Below, piece by piece: positions 29,677-39,290 of a stretch of 64,000 nt of DNA (positions are counted from its first letter, which is position 1; every line of letters starts with the position of its first letter). The DNA is from Dehalococcoidia bacterium. Lineage in GTDB: Bacteria; Chloroflexota; Dehalococcoidia; Lucifugimonadales; VXLM01. The DNA lies in contig OZ251484.1 of the NCBI GenBank assembly GCA_965242665.1, forward strand, positions 1,843,531 to 1,907,530. The letters run 5' to 3'. The position numbers and the translations under genes were made by a program. The notes beneath the pieces were generated by a model. That model did not search any database. It worked only from the letters and a program-made list of their open reading frames with translations, and had not been told where the DNA came from.

Positions 29677-29882
29677 GTCAGTGAGTTTGGACTATGGTAC
29701 ACGGTTGCGCGACGAAGTCAACCGCGCGGGATCGAGTGATTCCGTTCGATTTGCCGCGGCGGGGGTATGCCTATGAATACGCATCGGACACAGGCCGACG
29801 AGACCCACCAAGCCAGACCCTCAAAAAAGCTGTGGTACAATAGATTACATCCTGCATCGCGACACCCCAACGGTATGCCCCC

Positions 29883-30785
29883 ATGAAACAGGCCGTCGAA
29901 CAATTCCTCCACTACATGGCAGCCGAACGCGGCGTCTCCCCGAACACCATCTCCGCCTACCGCAGCGACCTCTTGCAGTTCGTCGACTTCCTCCAAAGCA
30001 ACGACCCCTCCATGAACGGCGCAGCGTCGTGGGCAAACGTCGATGGGGACGCCGTATCCTCCTTCGTCCTCGACCTCAACGACCGCGGATACTCCGACTC
30101 CACCAAAGCCCGGAAGGTCGCCGCCGCAAAATCCCTGTTCGGATTCCTCCTCGACGAAAGGATGATCGACACCAACCCCATGTCCGACTTCTCCTCACCC
30201 CGCGTCGGACGATCCCTCCCAAAGACACTTACCATGGACGAGGTCGACTCCCTCCTGTCCGTATCCATCGGCTCCACTGCCCAATCGATCCGCGACCGCG
30301 CGATCCTCGAACTCATGTACGCCACCGGAGTGCGCGCCAGCGAACTCATCTCCCTCGACGTCGAGGACGTCGACCTCCATCAACACTTCATCCGCTGCAT
30401 GGGCAAAGGCTCGAAAGAACGTCTCATACCCATCTACCCGCAAGCGGTCGATGCCGTCCGCGAATATCTGGAAGGCGCGAGGCCGCACCTCGCCGGCTCA
30501 AGTCCGCAACCCGCATTGTTCCTGAGCCAGAAAGGACATCGGCTCACCCGGCAGGGCATCTGGTTCATCCTCAAAGCCCTAGTACGAGCCGCTGGCATCC
30601 AACGGCAGGTCACCCCCCACACCCTCCGACACAGCTTCGCCACTCACCTGCTCATCGGAGGAGCCCCCATCCGCCACGTCCAAGAACTCCTGGGACACTC
30701 CAGCATCACCACCACGCAGGTATACACCCACCTAACGAGCGAACACATCAGATCCCAATACGTGAAATCACACCCGCGCGCCTGA
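29883..30785 (+). CDS. xerD: Tyrosine recombinase XerD
   Basis: RDRAILELMYATGVRASEL, GKGSKER, HTLRHSFATHLL, LGH, TTQVYT; N-terminal SAM-like domain (SPNTISAYRSDL). Confidence 0.92.
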   Translation: MKQAVEQFLHYMAAERGVSPNTISAYRSDLLQFVDFLQSNDPSMNGAASWANVDGDAVSSFVLDLNDRGYSDSTKARKVAAAKSLFGFLLDERMIDTNPMSDFSSPRVGRSLPKTLTMDEVDSLLSVSIGSTAQSIRDRAILELMYATGVRASELISLDVEDVDLHQHFIRCMGKGSKERLIPIYPQAVDAVREYLEGARPHLAGSSPQPALFLSQKGHRLTRQGIWFILKALVRAAGIQRQVTPHTLRHSFATHLLIGGAPIRHVQELLGHSSITTTQVYTHLTSEHIRSQYVKSHPRA

Positions 30786-30801
30786 GCAGACCTTTGCATA
30801 C

Positions 30802-31001
30802 GGCTCCATTTACTCTATGGGCATGGGCTGCCCAGACTGCTTCACAAGTACGCACCTCAGTGGAACATGACTCCATTTACTCCATGCGTATAGGCTGCCC
30901 CCAGATTGTACGTCCGTCATTCCCGCGAAGGCGGGAATCTCGCAGCCCACCCCCGCCGCATATCCATATGGACGCCTCCCGCGCAAAATCAAACCAGAAC
31001 C
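30802..31001. repeat. Degenerate MITE-like element downstream of xerD
   Basis: Left end GGCTCCATTTACTCTATGGGCATG (18/24 identical to the end at 53568). Right end reverse complement GGTTCTGGTTTGATTTTGCGC. Internal direct repeat at 30804/30871 and a dRS3-like palindrome. Confidence 0.55.
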
Positions 31002-31099
31002 CAGCATCTCCAATGCTTGCACATCAGGCGCCCGGCGTTAGACAATAAGACGAGACACCATTCCCAGATCCCTGCACAATCCCAACCGGAGGACCGCCC

Positions 31100-31447
31100 A
31101 TGCCGAGCAAAGGTCAAAAGGTCGCAAAGAGACAAAACCAAATGCGAAGCCGCAAGCGGCGCGGCCCCTCTCGCTCATCGACCCAAAAATTCGAGGTAGG
31201 CCCGGCCGTGTCGTCGACGAACGTCGACACTCGTGAAGCAACCCGGCCTGCCCCCGACTCTCCCGAGCCTGTCCTCGAAACTGCCGCCGCCCCGTCTAGA
31301 ACGCGCAGAACCAAGCAAACCGTCGAGGACGCCGGCCTTACCATGCCCCCCTATCTCGTGGGAGAACTCAGACACATCGGACTGATCGCCCTCGTTACTC
31401 TCGCCGCCCTCGCCGCAGCAACCGTAACGCTCGGCAGAATCGTGTAG
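31100..31447 (+). CDS. Small basic protein with C-terminal TM helix, hypothetical
   Basis: GGAGG RBS, basic N-terminus, ELRHIGLIALVTLAALAAATV TM. Confidence 0.75.
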   Translation: MPSKGQKVAKRQNQMRSRKRRGPSRSSTQKFEVGPAVSSTNVDTREATRPAPDSPEPVLETAAAPSRTRRTKQTVEDAGLTMPPYLVGELRHIGLIALVTLAALAAATVTLGRIV

Positions 31448-31575
31448 ACGCGCCCTCGGCAGCCGATGGAAGATCCTCCTCGTTCCTCCCGCCGGTGACG
31501 GCAGGGATGTTCCCAGTCCCGCACCCGGGGGCATAGACCAACCCGCTCGAGGGGAAGCAAACGGACCACCCGAAG

Positions 31576-33465
31576 ATGCCAACCACGTCCACCGCAGCGG
31601 CCTCTCGCGCAGACTTCTCCGAACGCCTGCGCGCCGCCCCAGCCAAGCCAGGCGTATACATCATGCGCTCCCGCTCCGGAGCCATGCTCTACGTCGGCAA
31701 AGCGTCCAAGATCCGCAACCGCCTCCGTTCGTACTTCGCAAAGAGCGCAGCCCACCCCCCCAAGATTCGCGAAATGATGGCACGCGTTGCAGAATTCGAG
31801 TACATCGTCACAGAGTCCGAGCAGGAAGCCCTCCTCCTCGAGTCCAACCTGATAAAGCAAAACAAACCCCAGTACAACGCCCGCCTCAAGGACGATAAGA
31901 GCTATCCCTTCATCAAAGTCGACCTAACCGAAGACTTCCCCCAAGTCTACATCACCCGAACGACCAAACTCGACGGGGCCCGCTACTTTGGGCCGTTCGC
32001 AAGCGCGCGCAGCATCCGACGCACGCTCGCGCTCCTCAAGAAACTCTTCCCTTACCGATCCTGCACCAAGACCATAACAGGCAAAGACGCCAGGCCATGC
32101 CTCGACTTCCACATCAACCGATGCGTCGGACCCTGCATCGGCGCAGTGGACAAAGACCAATACCGCGAGGTCATCGAACAAGTTTTCCTGTTCCTAGACG
32201 GCAAAGCCGACCGCATACTCGAATCTCTCGAAGCGACGATGCTCCGCGCTTCCGAGAACCTCGAATTCGAAAAGGCCGCCAGCCTGCGCGACCAAATTCG
32301 AGCCATCGAAAAAGTGCACGAAGGACAAAAAGTCCTCCACGTCTCCTCCGAGACTCTCGACCTCATCGCCCTCTCCACAGCCGACGACGAAGCCTGGATG
32401 GAAGTCTTCTTCGTCCGACAAGGAAAACTCGTCGGCCGCGATCACTTCATCATGACGGGCGCGCAAGACAACTCCCCCAGCCAAATACTCAGCGCCTTCG
32501 TCAAGCAATTCTACGAAGTCAACCCATATGTGCCGCCGCGCATCCTCGTACAAGCGGATCTCGAAGACGCAGACGCCATCACCAACTGGCTCGCGGACAA
32601 GCGGCGCAGCAAAGTGCGCGTCTACACGCCCCAACGAGGCGAAAAACGCCGCCTCATGCAGATGGTCGCAGAAAACGCCGCCGAAGGTATGGAGCAACGC
32701 CGACTCCAAACCGCCGCATCGGACGACGCCCTAGAACAAGCAATGCTCGAACTCCAAGAAGCGCTCAACCTCCCAAACCCCCCTACGCGCATGGAGTGCT
32801 ACGACATCTCGAACACCCAAGGATCCAACCCCGTCGGCAGCATGGTCGTCTTCGACGACGGCAGACCCAGATCATCCGACTACCGCAAGTTCAAAATCAA
32901 ATCCGTCGACGGAGTGGACGACTACTCCATGATGCGCGAAATGCTCATCCGCAGGTTCCGACGGCTCGCAGACCCCAACGCGCGCATCGTCGACGCGGAC
33001 GAGACGAACCGCGCCGCCAGCTCCCAAGCGACTTGGCAGAAAGCCCCCGACCTCGTCCTCATCGACGGCGGCAAAGGACACCTCGGCGCAGCCCTCCAAG
33101 TATTCCTCGAACTCGGAATCACCTCCATCCCCCTCGCAAGCATCGCCAAGGAAAACGAAGAGATCTTCGTCCCCCAAACCCCAGAACCCATCGTCCTCCC
33201 GCGGTCTTCCCCAGCGCTCTTCCTCGTGCAGCGCCTCCGCGACGAAGCGCACCGGTTCGCCATCACCTACCACAGACAGCGCCGCTCCAAGGCCGGCGCA
33301 ACCTCCGCGCTCGACCAAGTCCCCGGAATCGGACCAAAGCGGCGCAAGATGCTCATCCGCCAGTTCGGCTCCGCGCAAGGCGTCCGCGACGCGACACTCG
33401 AAGACGTCGCAGCCGCCCCGGGCATGACCCTAACCCTCGCAGCCAAAGTCAAAGAGTGGCTCTAG
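31576..33465 (+). CDS. uvrC: Excinuclease ABC subunit C
   Basis: GIY-YIG (PGVY...LYVGKA), UVR domain, ECYDISN, DLVLIDGGKG, HhH (VPGIGPKR). Confidence 0.97.
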   Translation: MPTTSTAAASRADFSERLRAAPAKPGVYIMRSRSGAMLYVGKASKIRNRLRSYFAKSAAHPPKIREMMARVAEFEYIVTESEQEALLLESNLIKQNKPQYNARLKDDKSYPFIKVDLTEDFPQVYITRTTKLDGARYFGPFASARSIRRTLALLKKLFPYRSCTKTITGKDARPCLDFHINRCVGPCIGAVDKDQYREVIEQVFLFLDGKADRILESLEATMLRASENLEFEKAASLRDQIRAIEKVHEGQKVLHVSSETLDLIALSTADDEAWMEVFFVRQGKLVGRDHFIMTGAQDNSPSQILSAFVKQFYEVNPYVPPRILVQADLEDADAITNWLADKRRSKVRVYTPQRGEKRRLMQMVAENAAEGMEQRRLQTAASDDALEQAMLELQEALNLPNPPTRMECYDISNTQGSNPVGSMVVFDDGRPRSSDYRKFKIKSVDGVDDYSMMREMLIRRFRRLADPNARIVDADETNRAASSQATWQKAPDLVLIDGGKGHLGAALQVFLELGITSIPLASIAKENEEIFVPQTPEPIVLPRSSPALFLVQRLRDEAHRFAITYHRQRRSKAGATSALDQVPGIGPKRRKMLIRQFGSAQGVRDATLEDVAAAPGMTLTLAAKVKEWL

Positions 33466-33543
33466 CCCCGGGGCTTTGCGTCCTTGCGCCGCAACGGCAT
33501 TCCCCCTCCCTTCGAGAGAAAGAGAGGGGGAACGCTCCCAAAC

Positions 33544-34389
33544 CTACTCCTCGCCGCTCTTCCCCATGCCCATGAACGGCTTCAGCAAGTTCGTGAACTC
33601 CATCGGGAAGATGAACTTCGTCGACGCCCCTGCGCCCAGCTGCTTCAGCGTCTCGAAGTACTGCAAGCTCATCGTATTCGGATCCACGTTCTGCGCCACG
33701 CCGTAGATTCGGTCCAGCGCCGTCGCGAACCCGTCCGCGCGCAGGATCGCCGCCTGCTGGTCGCCCTCGGCCGTCAGGATCTCCGCCTGCCGCTTCCCCT
33801 CGGCCGTCAAGATCGCCGCCTGCTTCTCCCCCTCCGCAACCGTCACCGCAGCCTCCCGCGTACCCTCTGCCTCACGCACGACCGCACGCCGGATACGCTC
33901 CGCGGACATCTGCCGATTCATCGCGTCCTGAATGTCGCGCGGCGGCTCGATCTCCCGAATCTCCACATTCGTAACCTTGATCCCCCATCGCTCCGTCTCC
34001 GCGTCCAGCCGCTCGCGCAAGACCGTGTTGATCCGCTCCCTCTGTGAAAGCACGTCGTCCAAGTCGATATCCCCGACCACCGCGCGCAGCGTCGTCGTCG
34101 CCAACCCAATCACCGCCGCCTCGTAGTTCTCCACCTCCAGCACCGATCGATCCGCGTACTCTGCGATGACCCGCATGTACACCAGGAAGTCGATGTCGAT
34201 CGGCGCATTGTCCTTCGTGATGTTCCTCTGCCGCGGAATGTCGATCACTTCCGTCCGCAGATCGACCCGCCTCCCCGAGTGCATGATGGGAATGAGCGCC
34301 ACCGGGCCCGGCCCCCTCATACCTTGGAAGACGCCCCACTTGAACCGCGCCATCCGCTCGTAGTTCTTCAAGAAGTTGATGATAGCCAT
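33544..34389 (-). CDS. SPFH/band 7 domain protein lacking an N-terminal TM anchor
   Basis: VDLRTEVIDIP, ITKDN, TTLRAVVG, WGIKVTNVEI, QMSAER, AEG repeats. Confidence 0.92.
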   Translation of the reverse strand: MAIINFLKNYERMARFKWGVFQGMRGPGPVALIPIMHSGRRVDLRTEVIDIPRQRNITKDNAPIDIDFLVYMRVIAEYADRSVLEVENYEAAVIGLATTTLRAVVGDIDLDDVLSQRERINTVLRERLDAETERWGIKVTNVEIREIEPPRDIQDAMNRQMSAERIRRAVVREAEGTREAAVTVAEGEKQAAILTAEGKRQAEILTAEGDQQAAILRADGFATALDRIYGVAQNVDPNTMSLQYFETLKQLGAGASTKFIFPMEFTNLLKPFMGMGKSGEE

Positions 34390-34459
34390 TCTTGCCTCCT
34401 GTTCCTCAATTTTCGATTCGCCATTTCGCATTTCGCCGCAGCGAAATGAGCCAGATCGC

Positions 34460-34927
34460 TCACTCGTCCGCCTTGGACACCCGCAAGGTCAGCCCATCGA
34501 CATCAAGCACCACTACCTCCGCATCCTTCTCGATCGTCTCTCCCGTGTCGCTTACCGCGTTCCAATACTCGCCGTTTACGTGAATCTCGCCCCTGGGCGA
34601 CAGTTCCTCGCTGACAAGGCCGGACAATCCATGCAGCCTATGATCGGTCGTAGGTTTTTCCCTCGACCACCATTCGGACAAGCCGCTCGCCATCTTTCTC
34701 CTTTGGAGATTCCACGCTATCAGCAGTGCGGCCGTGACCATCAGGAGAGCCAGCACCGCGGTTGCGCTGACAAGAGGGCCGAAGATATTCCACGCGACGA
34801 ATAGGAGGATCGATACCGCGGTTGCACCGATGAGGGGACCGTAGATATCCCACTCGACATACAGGAGGGTCAGCACGACAATCGCCACGATGAGGTTTAC
34901 GATGATGATGAGACCAATGATGTCCAT
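34460..34927 (-). CDS. Short NfeD-like protein (TM helices + OB-fold)
   Basis: PRGEIHVNGEYWNAVS...VLDVDGLTLRV. Confidence 0.85.
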   Translation of the reverse strand: MDIIGLIIIVNLIVAIVVLTLLYVEWDIYGPLIGATAVSILLFVAWNIFGPLVSATAVLALLMVTAALLIAWNLQRRKMASGLSEWWSREKPTTDHRLHGLSGLVSEELSPRGEIHVNGEYWNAVSDTGETIEKDAEVVVLDVDGLTLRVSKADE

Positions 34928-34977
34928 CGTCTTCTCCTTCGCAAATCATAGAACCGGATTCAGATACGCGCGGCAGA

Positions 34978-36336
34978 TTACTGCGTGTCACGTGTCACCT
35001 TCAAGGTCAAGCCGTCGACTTGGAGCACCACAACCTCCGCGTCCTTCTCGATCGTCTCTCCCGTGTCGCTTTCCGCGCTCCATTCCTCGCCCTCCACCTG
35101 CACCATCCCAGTGGGGGCAAGATCGGTGGTCGCAATACCGTTCGCGCCCAGTATACTCGGCGGCGTGGTGATCCCCTTCCGGCTTCCCATCGCTGCAATC
35201 CTCTGCGTGGCGCGGATGTCCCTCGCAACGAACACCAGCAATCCAGACACTGCCACGGTTACCGCGCCAACCAGCCAGTAGTTGACTCGGAAGTCGACGC
35301 CCTCGAACGGCGGAGGCGTGAATCCCTCGAAGAATCCCCCAAACAAGAATATGGAACCGAGAACCAAACTCACCGCGCCCCCGATGCCAAAGACGCCGAA
35401 TCCGGGCGTCTGCGTCTCCACGTACATCAATACCATCGCCAACGCGATCAATCCCACTCCCGCCCAGTTCACTGGCAGGTTGCCGAATGCGACGAACGCC
35501 AGCGCGAGGCAGATGACCCCAAGGATGCCAGGCCCGATCAACCCAGGCGACCAGAACTCGATGAATATTCCCACGGCGCCCGCAATCAACAGCAAGAACG
35601 TAATGTTTGGGTTCGATATGATGCCCAGGAACCGCTCGAGCAAGTTCTGTTCGACCTCTCGGATCTCGACGCCCGCGCTTTCGATGACATACGCGCCACC
35701 GGAAAGATCGACCTCCCTGCCGTCGATGTCCGCCAGGAGCTGCTCGAGATCCTTCGCCACGATGTCGATGACGTTCTGCGTCAGCGCTTCCGACGCAGAA
35801 TACGCCTGCGCTCGCGTGACCGTGTCCTCCAACGCCTGCACGTTGCGTCCGCGCTCCTCCGCGATGCTCCGCAGAAACGCCGCCGCGTCGTTCGTCGCCT
35901 TCGATTCTATCGTGTCCGGAAGATCCTCCCCCGTCACATCCACCGGAGACGCCGCCCCGATGTTCGTGCCGTTCGCCATCGCCGCGATGTGCCCCGCCGC
36001 CGCGATGAACGTCCCCGCAGACGCCGCATGAGCCCCCGACGGCGAAATGTACACGATGACGGGGATCGGAGAATCCAAGATTGTCTCCACCATGCTCCGA
36101 GTCGCGTCGTACAGCCCACCCGGCGTATCCAACCGTATCACGACGAACCGCGCGCCTCCCGCCGACGCCTCATCCACGACCCGCTCCAAGAAGCCAGCAG
36201 TAGACGGCTGAATCGCCTCGCGAATCTCTATCACGACGGCGTGATGCCCGTCGGCGTTCACGACAGACGCCCAATGCCCTGCCGCTGCCCCTCCGAACCC
36301 GACGGCTATGAGCGCAAACGCCAAGATTCTCCGCAT
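34978..36336 (-). CDS. nfeD: Full-length NfeD membrane-bound serine protease
   Basis: LDTPGG, AASAG (Ser), TNIGAASP, SK dyad region, TM bundle, C-terminal OB-fold. Confidence 0.92.
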   Translation of the reverse strand: MRRILAFALIAVGFGGAAAGHWASVVNADGHHAVVIEIREAIQPSTAGFLERVVDEASAGGARFVVIRLDTPGGLYDATRSMVETILDSPIPVIVYISPSGAHAASAGTFIAAAGHIAAMANGTNIGAASPVDVTGEDLPDTIESKATNDAAAFLRSIAEERGRNVQALEDTVTRAQAYSASEALTQNVIDIVAKDLEQLLADIDGREVDLSGGAYVIESAGVEIREVEQNLLERFLGIISNPNITFLLLIAGAVGIFIEFWSPGLIGPGILGVICLALAFVAFGNLPVNWAGVGLIALAMVLMYVETQTPGFGVFGIGGAVSLVLGSIFLFGGFFEGFTPPPFEGVDFRVNYWLVGAVTVAVSGLLVFVARDIRATQRIAAMGSRKGITTPPSILGANGIATTDLAPTGMVQVEGEEWSAESDTGETIEKDAEVVVLQVDGLTLKVTRDTQ

Positions 36337-36515
36337 GACCTGCCCTCGACCTTCTCCCGCGGCGCGCAGTCTCGATTCGACCGTTCCCTCGAAACCCCCC
36401 AGCGCCGCAGCGATCCGATAGTGTGATACTACCCAATACCGCGCCGCAATTCAACACCGCGCGCCGGGCGGTTCCGTTCTACGACATACGGCGCATATGA
36501 TACGATGCTCACGCA

Positions 36516-38054
36516 ATGTCCACGGAATACCCCTCTGAGAATGCGAACGAGCGGATGCGCTGCCCATCCTGCGGTGTTGAATTGTCGTCCCAAAGCGCGT
36601 ACTGCTCCAAGTGCGGCGCCCGGACAGGGCCGCAGTCGCACCGTTGCGTCTCGTGCGGCGCCGAGCTGCAACCCCCAGACGTGTACTGCTCCACATGCGG
36701 CGCGCCCACAAGCGTGAAGCCGCACCACTGCGCCTCTTGCGGTGCTGAGATGCCGCCCCGAGACGCATCCTGCAACAAGTGCGGCGCGCGGAATGAGCGG
36801 CGGGTCAGATACTCCCTCTGGCGCGTCGGCATCCTCACGTTCCTGACAGTCGGCCTCTACTACTACTATTGGATGTACGTCTCTTGGAAGCATCTATCCG
36901 AGGGAGGAGAGATGCCGGGCAAGGAATTCCACCCAGTATGGCACGCCCTGAGCCAGTTCTTGCCAATCTACAACTTCGTCGTCATCTACCAACACTTCCG
37001 CACGATCAAAGATGCGCAAGAGCGGGAGAGAGTAAAGTCCAACCTCGTTCCCGGTCTTGCGCTCGCACTTTCGATCATACTCCCCGTCATTTTATACATT
37101 GGCGTATGGATCCTAGTAGGGATCCTAGTAGGGTTGTCTGGCGTTCCTGCTGTGGCTATACCCTGGGACGTAATCTCGAATCTGGTGCTCATCGGGGCGT
37201 TTGCCGGTACTTTCCTGACCCTAGCCCTTCGGGGCCAGCGGAACCTGAACAGGTATTGGGAAAGGCCTGGCGCGCGCCCTGCGCGCTCGGCCCGCACAGG
37301 CCCAGGAGAGATCATCATCTCCGCGGCCGGCGGATTGTTTGCTGCGCTGATCATCATGGACGGCATAGGGTTGGTCGTTTCGTCCCAGCCGGCCCCTATC
37401 GACATAGATTCGGAACGTCGGGGAACGATTGAGAGTCATACACAGGTAGATTATTATCGCTTCGAAGTTCGGGCAGGCACCACTCAGTATACGGTCAGTG
37501 TCAGTCCTACTACCCTGGGGCTGGGGGGCGACCCCCTGGAGGCCGCGATAGTCGCCTTGTGGGATTCGGATGGGTCCCTCCGTACAAGGAACGCCGACAC
37601 TCCCATTGTGATACGCTGGACGGCGTCATCGAGCGGCACGAGGTACGCCACGATCGAGAGCGACGGAGCGGCTCTGGGGGATTACGTGCTTCGGGTGGAC
37701 GCGACATCGTCGGTCTATGAAGCGGATTCGTTCGCGCCGATTCAGACGTCGGTAGGTTATCGAGGAACGATTGCTCGTCATCTGCAAGTAGATTCCTATG
37801 GCCTTCCGGTGCGGGAAGGCGCTGGGTACGTGATATATGTCAGTCCTATTACCCAGGGCCTGGGTGGCGACCCCTTGGAGGCCGCAATAGTCGCCTTGTG
37901 GGATTCGGATGGGTTGACCATTCTACATGTAGAAAACGCCGACACCCCCATTGTGATACCCTGGACGGCGTCATCGAGCGGCACGAGGTACGTCACGATC
38001 GAGAGCGGTGGAGCGGCTCTGGGGGATTACGTGCTTCGGGTAGACGCGCGGTGA
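36516..38054 (+). CDS. Zinc-ribbon x3 + multi-TM (DUF4234-like) + two PPC-like beta domains
   Basis: Three CxxCG-x8-CxxCG units, GLYYYYW TM motif, two ~100-aa repeats (GTIESHTQVDYY...GDYVLRVDA). Confidence 0.8.
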   Translation: MSTEYPSENANERMRCPSCGVELSSQSAYCSKCGARTGPQSHRCVSCGAELQPPDVYCSTCGAPTSVKPHHCASCGAEMPPRDASCNKCGARNERRVRYSLWRVGILTFLTVGLYYYYWMYVSWKHLSEGGEMPGKEFHPVWHALSQFLPIYNFVVIYQHFRTIKDAQERERVKSNLVPGLALALSIILPVILYIGVWILVGILVGLSGVPAVAIPWDVISNLVLIGAFAGTFLTLALRGQRNLNRYWERPGARPARSARTGPGEIIISAAGGLFAALIIMDGIGLVVSSQPAPIDIDSERRGTIESHTQVDYYRFEVRAGTTQYTVSVSPTTLGLGGDPLEAAIVALWDSDGSLRTRNADTPIVIRWTASSSGTRYATIESDGAALGDYVLRVDATSSVYEADSFAPIQTSVGYRGTIARHLQVDSYGLPVREGAGYVIYVSPITQGLGGDPLEAAIVALWDSDGLTILHVENADTPIVIPWTASSSGTRYVTIESGGAALGDYVLRVDAR

Positions 38055-38080
38055 ACTCGCAGGCTATGGGGGGCTCCATC

Positions 38081-39265
38081 GTGAAGATCGATAGCGAGTG
38101 GATGCGCTGCGCCTCCTGCGGGGCCGAGCTGCCGTCCCAAAGCGCGTACTGCTCCAAGTGCGGCGCGCGGACAGGGGTGCAGCCGCAACGGTGCGCCTCC
38201 TGCGGCGCTGAGGTGTCGTCCCCTAGCGCGTATTGCTCCACATGCGGCGCGCGGACAGGAGCGCGGGTGCACCACTGCGTCTCCTGCGGCGCCGAGATGC
38301 CGCCCCAAGACGCATCCTGCCCCAAGTGCGGCGCGCGGAATGAGCGCCGGGTCAGATACTCCCTCTGGCGGGTCGGCATCCTCACGTTCCTGTCTTTCGG
38401 CCTCTACTACTACTATTGGATGTACGTCTCTTGGAAGCATCTGGCCGAGGAGATGCCGGGCAAGGAATTCCACCCTGGCTGGCACGCCCTGAGCCAGCTT
38501 GTGCCGATCTACAACTCCGTCGTCATCTACCAGCACTTCCGCACGGTCAAAGACGTGCAAGAGCGCGGGAGGGTAGTGTCCAACCTCGTTCCCGGTCTTG
38601 CGCTCGCACTTTCGATCGTACTCCCCTACATTTTATTCATTGTCATATGGATCCTAGCATTTGCCTTGCTATGGGCCCTGCAGAGCTTCTCTGTCGCTCC
38701 TGCTGTGGCTGTACTCTGGGTCGTAATCTCGATTCTGATGCTCATCGCGGCGGTTGCCGGTACTTTCCTGACCCTAGTCCTCTGGGGTCAGAGGAACCTG
38801 AACAAGTATTGGGAAAGGCCTGGCGCGCGCCCTGCGCGCTCGGCCCGGACAGGGCCGGGAGAGATCATCATCTCCGCGGTCGGCGGATTATTTACTGCGC
38901 TGATCATCATGGGCGGCATAGGGTTGGTCATTTCGTCCCTGCCGACCCCTATCGACATAGATTCGGAACGTCGGGGAACGATTGAGAGTCATACACAGGT
39001 AGATGATTATCGCCTCACGGTTCGAGCAGGCACTCGGTATACGATCCGTGTCAGTCTTACTACCCTGGGGCTGAGGGGCGACCCCCTGGAGGCCGCGATA
39101 GTCGCCTTGTGGGATTCGGATGGGGCGACCATCCTACAGGTAGAAAACGCCGTCACCCCCATTGTGATACGCTGGACGGCGTCATCGAGCGGCACGAGGT
39201 ACGTCACAATCGAGAGCGACGGATACTATCTGGGGGATTACGTGCTCCGAGTGGACGCGCGGTGA
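38081..39265 (+). CDS. Paralog: zinc-ribbon x3 + multi-TM + one PPC-like domain
   Basis: High DNA identity with 36516-38054; GTG start copied from the menC 5' end. Confidence 0.78.
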   Translation: MKIDSEWMRCASCGAELPSQSAYCSKCGARTGVQPQRCASCGAEVSSPSAYCSTCGARTGARVHHCVSCGAEMPPQDASCPKCGARNERRVRYSLWRVGILTFLSFGLYYYYWMYVSWKHLAEEMPGKEFHPGWHALSQLVPIYNSVVIYQHFRTVKDVQERGRVVSNLVPGLALALSIVLPYILFIVIWILAFALLWALQSFSVAPAVAVLWVVISILMLIAAVAGTFLTLVLWGQRNLNKYWERPGARPARSARTGPGEIIISAVGGLFTALIIMGGIGLVISSLPTPIDIDSERRGTIESHTQVDDYRLTVRAGTRYTIRVSLTTLGLRGDPLEAAIVALWDSDGATILQVENAVTPIVIRWTASSSGTRYVTIESDGYYLGDYVLRVDAR

Positions 39266-39290
39266 ACTCGCAGGCTATGGGGGCTCCAAC

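Noticed and set aside
29883-30785. xerD as an integrase of a mobile element
   Set aside because: It has host-like GC and canonical XerD motifs with housekeeping neighbours, and I found no att-like repeats or phage genes.
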